A DNA stretch of 64,000 bases from Aquificaceae bacterium (GTDB lineage: Bacteria; Aquificota; Aquificia; Aquificales; Aquificaceae): positions 11,798 to 75,797 of the forward strand of contig JBEPZX010000007.1 of NCBI GenBank assembly GCA_041640635.1, written 5' to 3'. How positions within the stretch are numbered: the first letter of the stretch is position 1; the number at the start of each line of letters is the position of its first letter. Shown one piece after another: positions 54,297-64,000 of the stretch. The position numbers and the translations under genes are program-made. The notes beneath the pieces were generated by a model that had not been told where the DNA came from, did no database searches, and saw only the letters and a list, made by a program, of their open reading frames with translations.

Positions 54297-55586
54297 ATGG
54301 AGCAAACCACTCAAGAAAAGAAACTTTACACGTATGAGGAACTTAAAAAACTTTCTCTAAGCGAGTTGCAAAAAATAGGAAAGGAATTAGATCTACCTAG
54401 GGTTACAAATCTTCGAAAAGACAAGCTTATAGAAAAAATCCTAGATGCTCAAGCCAAAGAGGAAGGTTTAAACTTTGTCAAAGGTGTATTAGAAATACTT
54501 CCAGAATCTTATGGATTTATAAGAAGTTCAGAAAATAACTATATGCCTAGTTATACGGATGTTTACGTAGCACCTTCGCAAATAAAGAAGTTTGGACTGA
54601 GAACTGGAGATACTATAATAGGTTACGCAAGACCCCCTCAAGAAAGAGAAAAATACCAGGCTTTAGTTAAGATAGAATCCGTTAACAACCTAAGTGCAGA
54701 TCCAGAACTTCTCAAATCAAGACCTCAATTTGAAAAGCTCACGCCTTTTCATCCTACAGAAAGGTTCAATTTGGAAACATCACCAACGGAGTTATCAACC
54801 AGAGTAATAAGTTTGATAGCTCCAATAGGTAAAGGACAGAGGGGAATGATAGTAGCTCCACCAAAAGCTGGTAAAACGGTACTACTTCAAAAAATAGCCA
54901 GAGCTATTATACAGAACCATCCTGAGGTTTACCTAATCATTTTATTAATAGATGAGAGACCTGAAGAAGTTACCGAAATGCGAAGAACTGTGGGTGAAGG
55001 TGCAGAAGTTATAGCTTCTACTTTCGATGAACCACCTGAGAGGCATATGCAAGTTGCAGAGCTTGTTGTAGAGAAGGCAAAAAGACTTGTTGAATTAAAA
55101 AACGATGTTGTCATACTCTTAGACTCAATGACGCGTTTCGGAAGAGCGGCAAATGCAGTTACACCTCCTACAGGAAGGGTGTTAACTGGTGGTATAGAAG
55201 CTACAGCTCTCCAAAGACCAAAGAGATTTTTTGGAGCTGCAAGAAATATAGAGGAAGGAGGATCTCTTACAATAATAGCTACAGCGTTAATAGAAACTGG
55301 CTCGAAAATGGATGATGTTATATATGAAGAGTTCAAAGGAACAGGAAATATGGAAATACATCTAGACAGAAGACTTATGGAAAGGCGCATCTTCCCAGCC
55401 ATAAACATAGAAAAATCTGGTACAAGAAAAGAGGAATTGTTATTAGAGGATTGGGAGCTTCAGCGCATATGGGTGCTTAGGAAGTTTCTTGCAACAATGG
55501 ATGCAATAGAGGCTATGGAGTTTCTACTTGACAAGCTTAAGAAGTTCAAAACTAACAAGGAGTTCCTTAAAGCAATGCACTCATGA
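54297..55586 (+). CDS. rho: Transcription termination factor Rho
   Basis: N-terminal RNA-binding domain; [21 protein letters not shown] Walker A; full collinear Rho pattern. Confidence 0.95.
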   Translation: MEQTTQEKKLYTYEELKKLSLSELQKIGKELDLPRVTNLRKDKLIEKILDAQAKEEGLNFVKGVLEILPESYGFIRSSENNYMPSYTDVYVAPSQIKKFGLRTGDTIIGYARPPQEREKYQALVKIESVNNLSADPELLKSRPQFEKLTPFHPTERFNLETSPTELSTRVISLIAPIGKGQRGMIVAPPKAGKTVLLQKIARAIIQNHPEVYLIILLIDERPEEVTEMRRTVGEGAEVIASTFDEPPERHMQVAELVVEKAKRLVELKNDVVILLDSMTRFGRAANAVTPPTGRVLTGGIEATALQRPKRFFGAARNIEEGGSLTIIATALIETGSKMDDVIYEEFKGTGNMEIHLDRRLMERRIFPAINIEKSGTRKEELLLEDWELQRIWVLRKFLATMDAIEAMEFLLDKLKKFKTNKEFLKAMHS

Positions 55587-56557
55587 ATATTATTGAGTAC
55601 ACAAAAAATTTTGGAACCTTTTCAATAAAACCTGTTAATTTGATGTATGGACAAGAAGAATACCTCTACAAAAACTTTTTAGAGAAAGCCTCCAGTTTGT
55701 ATAAAGTCGAAATACTTTGGGGTGATGAGATAAGCAGTAGGGAACTTTTGGAAAAAATTTCTGGTGGTGATATCTTTTTGTCACAAAAGAGGCTTCTAAT
55801 AGTAAAAAAAGCTCAAGACTTTTTTAAAAAGGTAAAAGATAAAACGTTCATTTATAAATTGTCTGAAAAAGCAAAAAATGTAGCGGTATTTTTTGTAATA
55901 CTTGAAAAGCTCTCAAGTCAGGATCTTCAGCAAGAACCAATAAAAACGATAGCCACCATAGGAGATGTAATAGAGATCCCAAAGGTAGATAAAAAGAAAG
56001 TAAGGGAATTGGTAAAATCAAGATTTGAAAAAGAGAAAGTCTTCATAGAAAACGAAGCTCTTGAGCTTTTGCTTTCTGAAAGCGATTATGATCTAATGAA
56101 ACTTAGGAACGAAGTTGATAAGCTCCTGCTACTTGGTAAAGAATCCATTACAGTAAAGGATATTAGGGAAATTACATTTTGGGATAAAAGCCCGAATGTT
56201 TTTGATTTCTTGGATGCTTTTTTTACCAAAGACAAAGAAGGTGCTTTGATGCAACTTTCTTCTTTGTTACGTAACGGTATATCACCTCTGCAAATTATAG
56301 CAACTATTTCAAATTACGCCATAAAGTTATACACCATACACCGAATGGTGAAGGAAGGAGCAAAAATAGAATCAGCTGCAGCTAAGTTAAATATAAAGCA
56401 GCAATTTCAGATAATGAAGTTCAAAACTTATTTAGAAAAAAGAAGCGAAAGAGAGCTAAAAACTCTTATATTTCTTCTATATCAAAAGGACATGCTTATA
56501 AAGGTTTTCTTTGAGAATCCAGAACAGGTTCTACGAGACTTGGTAATAGAATTTTAG
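55583..56557 (+). CDS. holA: DNA polymerase III delta subunit
   Basis: 324 aa, AAA+-like clamp-loader delta architecture (LMYGQEEYL...). Position and size fit; the assignment is motif-weak. Confidence 0.6.
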   Translation: MNIIEYTKNFGTFSIKPVNLMYGQEEYLYKNFLEKASSLYKVEILWGDEISSRELLEKISGGDIFLSQKRLLIVKKAQDFFKKVKDKTFIYKLSEKAKNVAVFFVILEKLSSQDLQQEPIKTIATIGDVIEIPKVDKKKVRELVKSRFEKEKVFIENEALELLLSESDYDLMKLRNEVDKLLLLGKESITVKDIREITFWDKSPNVFDFLDAFFTKDKEGALMQLSSLLRNGISPLQIIATISNYAIKLYTIHRMVKEGAKIESAAAKLNIKQQFQIMKFKTYLEKRSERELKTLIFLLYQKDMLIKVFFENPEQVLRDLVIEF

Positions 56558-56575
56558 CATTATAATTTCTCATTT

Positions 56576-57154
56576 ATGAGAGGTTCAAAAGTTTATAGAG
56601 AAACTAAAGAAACAAGGATAGAGCTACAAATAAACCTTGATGGCAGCGGTAAATACACAATAGACACACCCATTGGTTTTTTAAACCATATGCTCGAAAG
56701 CTTTTCCAAGCATTCTCAATTTGACCTTACGGTGAAGGCAGAGGGGGACATTCACGTATCTTATCACCACACAGTAGAGGATGTAGGGATAACACTAGGC
56801 ATGGCTTTTTTGGAAGCTCTAAAGGACAAAAAAGGCATAAACAGGTTCGGATGGGCTATAGTGCCAATGGATGAGAGTTTGAGCTTGTGCAGTATAGATA
56901 TTTCAGGAAGACCACTTTTTTTCTATGAAGATCTGGGACTTAAAGGGAAAATAACCGATTTTGATTTTGAACTCATATGGGAGTTTTTCAAAGGCTTTGC
57001 CTTGGAATCCAAATCCACCTTGCACATAAAGGTTCTCTCTGGCAAAATACTACATCATGTCGCAGAATCCTGTATAAAATCCTTTGCTCAAGCCTTAAGG
57101 CAGGCTGTAGGTTTAACAAATAAGGATATTCCATCAACTAAGGGAACTCTTTGA
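56576..57154 (+). CDS. hisB: Imidazoleglycerol-phosphate dehydratase
   Basis: [10 protein letters not shown]...[12 protein letters not shown]. Confidence 0.9.
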   Translation: MRGSKVYRETKETRIELQINLDGSGKYTIDTPIGFLNHMLESFSKHSQFDLTVKAEGDIHVSYHHTVEDVGITLGMAFLEALKDKKGINRFGWAIVPMDESLSLCSIDISGRPLFFYEDLGLKGKITDFDFELIWEFFKGFALESKSTLHIKVLSGKILHHVAESCIKSFAQALRQAVGLTNKDIPSTKGTL

Positions 57155-57155
57155 T

Positions 57156-58850
57156 ATGCAAAGGCTTAACTTGGTTTTGGCACAGCTTAACTTCTGTGTC
57201 GGTGACATAAAGGGAAACGTGGAAAAGATAAAAAAAACGTGGAAGGATTACGATCATCTGGGAAACATTGTAGTATTTCCAGAACTTAGCGTAAGTGGCT
57301 ATCCACCCTTGGATCTACTCACAAGACACCAATTTATAAAAGACTGCCACGCGGCAATAAACGAATTGGTTAGTTTTTCCAGAGATCTAAACTCGTTAGC
57401 GGTTGTTGGTTCTCCTTTTTACGAAGATGATCTTTACAATAGCTTGGTAGTGGTAGGCAAAGGTAGTATATTGGGAGTCTATTACAAAAAACACTTACCT
57501 AACTACTCTGTCTTTGATGAAAGACGATACTTCAAGAGCGGAAACAAACCTTTAATTTTGAGGATAAAGGATTTTAAAGTGGGTTTTTCAATATGTGAAG
57601 ATATTTGGTATCCCAATGGATGGGAAAGAGAATACGCTAAATCTGGGTGTGAATGTATCGTAAACATAAGCGCATCGCCTTTTTATCTGAGAAAGTTTCC
57701 GCATAAAGAGAGACTTTTGAGCACAAGATCCCAGGACAACCTTATCTATACGGTTCACCTAAACTTAGTAGGAGCTCAGGACGACTTGGTATTTGACGGG
57801 AGAAGCGCAGTCTTCGACCCCGAAGGGAATCTGATCGCAAGACTTAAAACCTTTCAAGAGGATGTGCAAGTGGTAACGATCTTTAAAGAGAGGGTTGTTT
57901 CCAAAAGGCTCATAGATACAAGATTAAGAGAAGAGGGAAAAGTAAATATAGATACTGTAAACTACGAAGACGGAAGGGATCTTAAAGTCTTTGTAGGCAA
58001 ATTGGAGGAATCTTTTGGTGAGGAGAAGGAACTTTACAGTGCCATAACACTGGCGATAAAGGATTACGTTTACAAAAACAAGTTCCAAAAGGTTGTTGTA
58101 GGTCTATCAGGTGGCATCGATTCGGCATTGGTTGCATGTCTGGCTGTGGATGCTCTTGGGAAAGAGAATGTAGTAGCTGTTTTTATGCCTTCCATGTTTA
58201 CCTCAATAGAAAGCAAAGAAGATACCTACGCTCTTGCAAACAATTTGGATATAAAGCTCTTGGAGTTTGACATACAGGATGTATATAAAACCTACAGGAA
58301 CACACTCAACTCGGTGGACTTTACCATTGCGGATGAAAACTTACAATCACGCATAAGGGCAAATATACTTTTTTATTTATCCAACAGATACGGTTACTTA
58401 GTGCTTTCTACATCCAACAAAAGCGAGTCCGCTGTTGGTTACTCAACCATATACGGCGATATGTCAGGTGGATACGCACCTATTAAGGATCTCTACAAAA
58501 AATGGGTATACAGACTCGCCATATACAGAAATTCCATAAAGCCAGATATACCTCAAAGGATTTTGGAAAAGGCACCTTCTGCTGAGCTGCGCCCAAATCA
58601 AAAGGATGAAGACACTTTGCCACCCTATAGCCTTTTGGATCAGATCCTCGAGCTTTATATAGAAGAAAACATGGACTTTGAGGATATTGTAAACAGAGGT
58701 TTTGACAGTGATATTGTTAAAAAGGTTATAAGGATGGTCAGAATATCAGAGTATAAAAGAAAACAAGCTCCACCTGGACCAAAGCTTACAAAGAGAGCCC
58801 TATACGGAGACTGGCGCTTTCCGATAACAAATAATTACAAGCCTTATTGA
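57156..58850 (+). CDS. nadE: Glutamine-dependent NAD+ synthetase (CN-hydrolase plus NadE domains)
   Basis: N-terminal nitrilase-like domain (FPELSVSGY, ICED); C-terminal PP-loop VVVGLSGGIDSALVA. Confidence 0.9.
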   Translation: MQRLNLVLAQLNFCVGDIKGNVEKIKKTWKDYDHLGNIVVFPELSVSGYPPLDLLTRHQFIKDCHAAINELVSFSRDLNSLAVVGSPFYEDDLYNSLVVVGKGSILGVYYKKHLPNYSVFDERRYFKSGNKPLILRIKDFKVGFSICEDIWYPNGWEREYAKSGCECIVNISASPFYLRKFPHKERLLSTRSQDNLIYTVHLNLVGAQDDLVFDGRSAVFDPEGNLIARLKTFQEDVQVVTIFKERVVSKRLIDTRLREEGKVNIDTVNYEDGRDLKVFVGKLEESFGEEKELYSAITLAIKDYVYKNKFQKVVVGLSGGIDSALVACLAVDALGKENVVAVFMPSMFTSIESKEDTYALANNLDIKLLEFDIQDVYKTYRNTLNSVDFTIADENLQSRIRANILFYLSNRYGYLVLSTSNKSESAVGYSTIYGDMSGGYAPIKDLYKKWVYRLAIYRNSIKPDIPQRILEKAPSAELRPNQKDEDTLPPYSLLDQILELYIEENMDFEDIVNRGFDSDIVKKVIRMVRISEYKRKQAPPGPKLTKRALYGDWRFPITNNYKPY

Positions 58851-59006
58851 ATCTTATACCTTCAAAACTTACACGTATACGTCATATACACACCTGTCAA
58901 TGAAATTCCGTTTGGCAAGTTCTTAAGCTGTAGTTTATTTTCGGCTTGAAGGTTTAAAGAAGTGCTGTAATGCGATTTTATATACTTGCCTTTTGTGAAG
59001 TTAAAT

Positions 59007-60794
59007 CTAATCAACTCTTAATACTGTTAAAAAGGCTTCTTGTGGGAGTTCTACTTTACCAAATTGCTTTAGTCTCTTCTTTCCTTCTTTTTGTTTTTCT
59101 AGAAGTTTCTTTTTACGCGTGATGTCCCCACCGTAGCACTTTGCGGTTACGTTGGCTCTAAGTGGCGGTATGCGTTCCGAAGCTATTATTTTGGATCCTA
59201 TCCCTGCTTGAACCTTCACCTCAAAAAGTTGTCTTGGTATGACTTCTTTTAGCTTTTCAACCAATTGCCTAGCTCTTCTGTAAGCCTTGTCCCTATGAAC
59301 TATAAAAGACATGGCATCCACTGGTTCGTTGTTTATAAAGATGTTGAGCTTTACTAAATCGTCTTCTCTATAACCTATGAACTCATAGTCGTAAGAGGCG
59401 TAACCCTTGGACAAACTCTTTATTTTGTCGTGGAAATCCATTATAACCTCGCTCAGAGGCATTTCGTATTCAAGCAAAGCAGTATTTGGATCCAAGTAAG
59501 AAAACTTCTTCTGTATACCTCTCTTTTCCTGACATAGGTTCATTATGCTGCCAACGAAATCTTTTGGTGTTATTATTGTGATCAGCACATAAGGTTCTTC
59601 TATAGCTTCAACCATCCCCATATTTTCTGGAAGTTCCGATGGGTTTCTTATCTCTTTCACTTCACCCGTGTACTTCATTCTTATTCTGTAAACAACGCTT
59701 GGAGCCGTAGTTATTATACTTACGCCGTATTCTCTTTCCAGTCTCTCTTGGACTATTTCCATATGCAAGAGTCCCAAAAATCCTACTCTAAAGCCATAAC
59801 CCAATGCAGGTGAGGTCTCTGGCTCGTACTGCAAAGCGGCATCGTTTATGGCGTACTTTTCCAAAGCGTCCCTTAGTTCTTCGAAGGTGTGACCTTCCGA
59901 TGGGTATATACCGGCGAACACCATAGGTTTTGCGGGTCTAAAGCCTGGTACTGGGTCTTTTGTAGGTCTCTTGGCGTCTGTAATGGTATCTCCTACCCTT
60001 ATGTCCCTGACATCCTTTATACTTGCGGCTATGTATCCAACCTCTCCCGCAGAGAGCTTTTCCAGCTTTGCCATCTTGGGCATCTGTGCTCCCACCTCTG
60101 TTACTTCAAACTCCTTACCTGTGGAGAACAGTTTTATGCGCATACCTGGCTTTACTTCACCATCGATAACCCGCACAAAGGCAACGGCTCCTCTGTAGGT
60201 GTCGTAATAGGAGTCAAAGATGAGAGCCTTTAGATTTGCCTTTGGATCACCTTTGGGTGGTGGTATTCTCTCAATTATGGCGTTTATTATCTCCTCTATT
60301 CCTATTCCCTCTTTGGCTGAAGCTAATATGATGTCTTGGGAGTTCAAACCAAGTATATCTTCTATTTGTTTTTTTACCCTTTCGGGTTCTGCTGCCGGTA
60401 GGTCTATCTTGTTTATGACGGGTATGATTACCAAGTCTTGTTCCACAGCTTTCCAAAAGTTAGCCACCGTCTGGGCTTCTATTCCCTGAGTTGCATCAAC
60501 AAGCAGTATGGCACCTTCGCATGCGGCTAAAGCTCTGGAGACTTCGTAGGAAAAGTCCACGTGTCCAGGTGTGTCTATAAGATGCAAGTGGTAGCCCTTG
60601 TATTGCATCTTAACCGCTTGGAGCTTAATGGTTATTCCCCTTTCCCTTTCTATTTCTAGAGTGTCCAACATCTGTTCCTTTATTTCTCTACGGGAAACTG
60701 TCCCTGTAAATTCGAGAAGTCTATCTGCAAGGGTGGATTTTCCGTGGTCAACGTGCGCTATAATGGAAAAGTTCCTAATATTGCTAAGTTCCAT
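59007..60794 (-). CDS. lepA: Elongation factor 4
   Basis: [21 protein letters not shown]...; LepA-specific C-terminal domain. Confidence 0.95.
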   Translation of the reverse strand: MELSNIRNFSIIAHVDHGKSTLADRLLEFTGTVSRREIKEQMLDTLEIERERGITIKLQAVKMQYKGYHLHLIDTPGHVDFSYEVSRALAACEGAILLVDATQGIEAQTVANFWKAVEQDLVIIPVINKIDLPAAEPERVKKQIEDILGLNSQDIILASAKEGIGIEEIINAIIERIPPPKGDPKANLKALIFDSYYDTYRGAVAFVRVIDGEVKPGMRIKLFSTGKEFEVTEVGAQMPKMAKLEKLSAGEVGYIAASIKDVRDIRVGDTITDAKRPTKDPVPGFRPAKPMVFAGIYPSEGHTFEELRDALEKYAINDAALQYEPETSPALGYGFRVGFLGLLHMEIVQERLEREYGVSIITTAPSVVYRIRMKYTGEVKEIRNPSELPENMGMVEAIEEPYVLITIITPKDFVGSIMNLCQEKRGIQKKFSYLDPNTALLEYEMPLSEVIMDFHDKIKSLSKGYASYDYEFIGYREDDLVKLNIFINNEPVDAMSFIVHRDKAYRRARQLVEKLKEVIPRQLFEVKVQAGIGSKIIASERIPPLRANVTAKCYGGDITRKKKLLEKQKEGKKRLKQFGKVELPQEAFLTVLRVD

Positions 60795-60808
60795 GGGAGT
60801 TAAATATA

Positions 60809-60892
60809 TGCCGGAGGCGGGAGTCGAACCCGCACGCCCTCACGGGCACTGCCCCCTCAAGACAGCGCGTCTGCCAATTCCGCCACTCCGGC
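60809..60892 (-). tRNA. tRNA-Leu (anticodon GAG), long variable arm
   Basis: Reverse complement GCCGGAGTGGCGGAATTGGCAGACGCGCTGTCTTGAGGGGGCAGTGCCCGTGAGGGCGTGCGGGTTCGACTCCCGCCTCCGGCA. Anticodon loop UUGAGGG; 84 nt. Confidence 0.85.
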
Positions 60893-61052
60893 TCGCAGAT
60901 AGTATATTATATTTCTAAAGAAGGTTATTGTCAAAGTTTACGGTACTAATTTTGCTACTAAAATTCATTTGCAAGTAGTTGACATTAAAAAGATAAACGC
61001 ATAAATTTGGTTATAGCAAAAATTTAGTTAAGCCCTTTAGGAGGTGTAAAGC

Positions 61053-61919
61053 ATGACTTGGACAATAAGAAGCGTTTTGCTTCTTGGACTACTAACTGGT
61101 TTGTTTTTGTTTGTGGGTAATCTTGTGGGTGGAAAAACGGGAATGACCGTAGCCCTTATTATGGCAGGTATTATGAACTTTATAGCCTACTTTTTCTCTT
61201 CTAAGATAGTATTGGCGATGTATGGCGCCAGAGAAATACCTTATGAGGAAGCCCCCTGGTTACATAATATGGTAGAAGAGCTCGCCCAAAAGGCGGGAAT
61301 GCCAAAGCCAAAAATCTATTTGGTACCTATGGAACAACCAAATGCTTTTGCTACAGGAAGAGGACCATCGGATGGTGTTGTAGCTGTAACTAGTGGTATA
61401 CTTAGGCTTCTAGATAGGGATGAGTTAAGAGGAGTGTTGGCACACGAGCTGGGACACATAAAGAATAGAGACGTGTTGGTAGCCACAATGGCAGCTACCA
61501 TAGCAGGTGCCATATCCTATTTGGTACATATGCTCTCCTTTGCTATGTTCTTTGGACACTCGAGGGATGAAGAGAATAACAATCCTCTATCTCTAATCGG
61601 TTCTATATTGGTTCTTATAGCAACACCTATAATAGCTACCATAATCCAAATGGCTATATCCAGATCCAGGGAGTATCTGGCAGACGAGACGGGAGCAAAA
61701 ATATCCGGCGATCCTATGGCTTTGGCGAGAGCCTTGGAAAAAATACATTACTACGTTCATCAAATACCTACAGAAGTCAACCAAGGAACCGCGCACCTGT
61801 TTATAGAGAACCCATTAAAGGGCGGTGGAATTTGGGAACTATTTTCTACACATCCATCCACCGAGAAGAGGATAGAAAGGCTCAAAAATTTAGCAAGACA
61901 GATGGGAAAGGTTTACTAA
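61053..61919 (+). CDS. htpX: HtpX-family zinc metalloprotease (M48)
   Basis: 4 TM helices; HELGHIKNRD; downstream Glu (REYLADE). Confidence 0.9.
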   Translation: MTWTIRSVLLLGLLTGLFLFVGNLVGGKTGMTVALIMAGIMNFIAYFFSSKIVLAMYGAREIPYEEAPWLHNMVEELAQKAGMPKPKIYLVPMEQPNAFATGRGPSDGVVAVTSGILRLLDRDELRGVLAHELGHIKNRDVLVATMAATIAGAISYLVHMLSFAMFFGHSRDEENNNPLSLIGSILVLIATPIIATIIQMAISRSREYLADETGAKISGDPMALARALEKIHYYVHQIPTEVNQGTAHLFIENPLKGGGIWELFSTHPSTEKRIERLKNLARQMGKVY

Positions 61920-61936
61920 CCTTCCCCCTTGCTTTT

Positions 61937-63766
61937 TTACTCTAACATTTCCAGTCTTCTTAAGTAATTTTCCAAGATGAAAGAAAAGGCAAAGGGTAGT
62001 TTGGCAACGCTTTCTATCCTGATGCCTGTTCCTTCGAAATACTCCTCTATGTAGTTTTTTGTTATTCCTAAGCCTACACCTACTATGGGAAGCTTTCCTT
62101 TTAGTTCCCTTATGAGACTCTTTAGGTCAATACCTTTGAGTCCTCTTGTAGGCTCACCATCGGAAAAGAGGATTAGAGTGCCTTTCATACGGTTAGATTT
62201 TGAGAAGTTGTCCAGATCTTCAAAACTAAACATTAAAGCTCTGCCTATATCGGTTGTGCCACCTAAGCTGTTAAAAAGGTTTATCAATTTACCCTTTGCG
62301 GTGCTGTAGTCTTCTGTAAATTCCTTTAACCTGTAAGCTTTGTCGTTGAACACATCTATAGAAAAGGGCATACCTAGTTGATAGAGCACCTCAGAAACAA
62401 GGATTAAGGATCTTACAGCGTTGTCTATCTTTTCCTCTCTTTTCATGGATGAAGATATGTCCATCAGGAGCTTAAAAGCCATGATTTTTCTTTCTGGTAT
62501 TTCTCTTCTTTTGAAGATTTTTCCCCTCTTTATGGGTATTTCCGTAGAGAGTTTTTTTACGTTCATGCGCTTTCCATAAATGTGAGCTCCACCAAAGAAC
62601 TCTTCCTCTACAGGTAGCAAACGCTGAAACTTTCTCTTTAGACTCTCCACGTATGGCAACACGCTTTTTAGGTAGTATCTGTATCTTCCTTGACTTTCTC
62701 CGCTACCTTTTGAATTATTACCACTTGCTGATAACGCACTGGATGATGAGACATCTTCCCAACCTTTGACTATAAAAGTTATGAAACCTTTATGCTCTAC
62801 GTCCACCTCTAAAGTTTTTGGTAAAAAGAAGGACAAGAACTTCAGATCCCTCTCCAGAATATCCATATAAGACATCTGTTTTACGTAATCTCTCATCCAC
62901 TCAGGTAGGGTCTTTAGAGACTTTAGAATTTCTGACACGTCTTCATCAAACAGTTGTGTGGCGCTACTTTGGACGTTTTCTTTTATGAACTCTTGAACCT
63001 TTTGGGGTAGTTTGCTCAAAACATCGGTCATTATCCTTCCTTTGTGTCCATCTTGCCTGGTTTTGCCTTTAGCTTCATCGAGTAAAAGATCTATATAGTT
63101 TAGTTGCTGAGATTTCTCCAAGAGTATCCTGTATTTTCCAAAAATGTCGTTCATAAGTATTTCGTAGGAGTCTCTGTTCTTTGAAGATAGGTAGCGGTCA
63201 ATGTAGTTTCTCAAATCTAAAACCTTCTTCTGTATCTCTGCGTTGGATGTTAGATCTTTACCCAGCCAGAGCCTCAATATGTCCAACACAAACTGGTAAT
63301 GGGGATAAGTAGCATCTTTTAGATTCTCTAAAATCTCTTCGTATCTTTGCCTTATGGCGTATGCACTACTGGGATGGTTGTTTATGAGTAGTTCATCGAC
63401 CTTCATAGACTCAAGCACCGCATACAACACTACAAAACTCGCCGGTGAGTAGCCAAACCTAAAAAATTCCCTCTGTCCAAGACGCCACAAATAAAAGTCA
63501 GAGTTTAACAAGAGTTCTATCTCGTGTCTTAGGGCGTTTATGGTGTAATCTTCCGTTTTTTTTATAAAATCAGTAACGGCAAAGACTATACCTCTTGGTA
63601 TCTTTGCCACATGTGGTATGTCTTCTATTTCCCCCTTCATCCACATTTCCGTTAGTGGCAAAGACTTAGGATCATAACCCGCCCCCCATCCTTCGTAACT
63701 CGGTTGAACCTCTATGTCGTATTCATCACTCAACACTGAACTTATAACTTTCCACTTTTCTTTCAT
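61937..63766 (-). CDS. vWA-domain protein with intact MIDAS motif; NorD/CbbO-like architecture (helical N-region plus C-terminal von Willebrand A)
   Basis: 609 aa. C-terminal IMAFKLLMDISSSM (DxSxS) ... TDIGRAL ... LILFSDGEPT ... PIVGVGLG is a vWA with MIDAS. No AAA+ partner gene adjacent. Confidence 0.65.
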   Translation of the reverse strand: MKEKWKVISSVLSDEYDIEVQPSYEGWGAGYDPKSLPLTEMWMKGEIEDIPHVAKIPRGIVFAVTDFIKKTEDYTINALRHEIELLLNSDFYLWRLGQREFFRFGYSPASFVVLYAVLESMKVDELLINNHPSSAYAIRQRYEEILENLKDATYPHYQFVLDILRLWLGKDLTSNAEIQKKVLDLRNYIDRYLSSKNRDSYEILMNDIFGKYRILLEKSQQLNYIDLLLDEAKGKTRQDGHKGRIMTDVLSKLPQKVQEFIKENVQSSATQLFDEDVSEILKSLKTLPEWMRDYVKQMSYMDILERDLKFLSFFLPKTLEVDVEHKGFITFIVKGWEDVSSSSALSASGNNSKGSGESQGRYRYYLKSVLPYVESLKRKFQRLLPVEEEFFGGAHIYGKRMNVKKLSTEIPIKRGKIFKRREIPERKIMAFKLLMDISSSMKREEKIDNAVRSLILVSEVLYQLGMPFSIDVFNDKAYRLKEFTEDYSTAKGKLINLFNSLGGTTDIGRALMFSFEDLDNFSKSNRMKGTLILFSDGEPTRGLKGIDLKSLIRELKGKLPIVGVGLGITKNYIEEYFEGTGIRIESVAKLPFAFSFILENYLRRLEMLE

Positions 63767-63835
63767 AATGTTTTAAATTTAAGACGAATTAAAACGGATT
63801 TAAGACGGAGCTAAGACGGAATTAAAGCGGAATTA

Positions 63836-64000
63836 AGGAGATACCCACATAGTTCAGATAAAACAGACCAAAGGACATTAGTCCTAAGCTTAAACCATGC
63901 CAACTTTATATCCCACATAGTTCAGATAAAACGGAATGGGTTTAGGGTTAATCTTTCTACGTGATAGCATCCTTTATATCCCACATAGTTCAGATAAAAC
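63836..64000 (-). CRISPR. CRISPR array (truncated by window edge): 3 repeats, 2 spacers; repeat GTTTTATCTGAACTATGTGGGATATAAAG (29 nt, type I-B-like) in canonical minus-strand orientation
   Basis: The + strand motif CTTTATATCCCACATAGTTCAGATAAAAC lies at 63904-63932 and 63972-64000. A degenerate copy (the last 21 nt are identical) lies at 63836-63864. Spacers are 39 nt (63865-63903, 63933-63971). The degenerate repeat at the low-coordinate end implies the leader and cas genes lie beyond nt 64000. Confidence 0.85.

Noticed and set aside
59889-60489. Three plus-strand ORFs (114, 75 and 89 aa) inside lepA; and 60598-60918 (+), which spans tRNA-Leu
   Set aside because: They lie antisense within the lepA CDS, and the last one reads through a tRNA gene. 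Shadow ORFs.

Overview
This 64 kb window looks like chromosome from a low-GC, lysine/glutamate-rich thermophile-style genome, probably Aquificae-like. The main lineage clue is a split leucyl-tRNA synthetase alpha subunit; gene packing is very tight, with many ATGA or 4-20 nt overlaps. About 60 protein genes are mostly housekeeping. Recognisable ones include coaBC, leuS-alpha, panB, a GspE/PilB-family ATPase (called pilB below), rng, rsfS, proA, speE, rplM-rpsI-argC, queF, serS, gyrA, dapB, an archease, lipA, pepA, ilvBH, pheA, thiO, maf, yggS, mnmE, rho, holA, hisB, nadE, lepA and htpX. There are two tRNAs, tRNA-Phe(GAA) and tRNA-Leu(GAG), both on the minus strand. A CRISPR array with I-B-like 29-nt repeats and 39-nt spacers starts at 63836 and runs off the 3' edge of the window, beginning with a degenerate terminal repeat. 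The stretches that look least ordinary are the following. (1) A 935-aa protein directly after pilB has a repetitive beta-rich N-terminus, a long coiled coil and a C-terminal MoxR-like AAA+ domain whose Walker A reads GKN. (2) A tight lapB-like / mglA / 474-aa internally triplicated operon contains a clear MglA Ras-like GTPase but no Roadblock-type MglB. (3) A PHP-phosphoesterase and GT4 glycosyltransferase are fused in one protein within a small glycan cluster. (4) Parts that usually form one MoxR–DUF58–TgpA/vWA operon are scattered: a TgpA-type transglutaminase in an operon with an HD dNTPase-like gene and a strongly SD-led 68-aa ORF, a DUF58 gene overlapping an SPFH gene, and a NorD-like vWA protein abutting the CRISPR array. 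The vWA gene is separated from the CRISPR array by five degenerate 11-nt tandem units. All product calls rest on motif and pattern recognition in the translated ORFs; no database search was possible.
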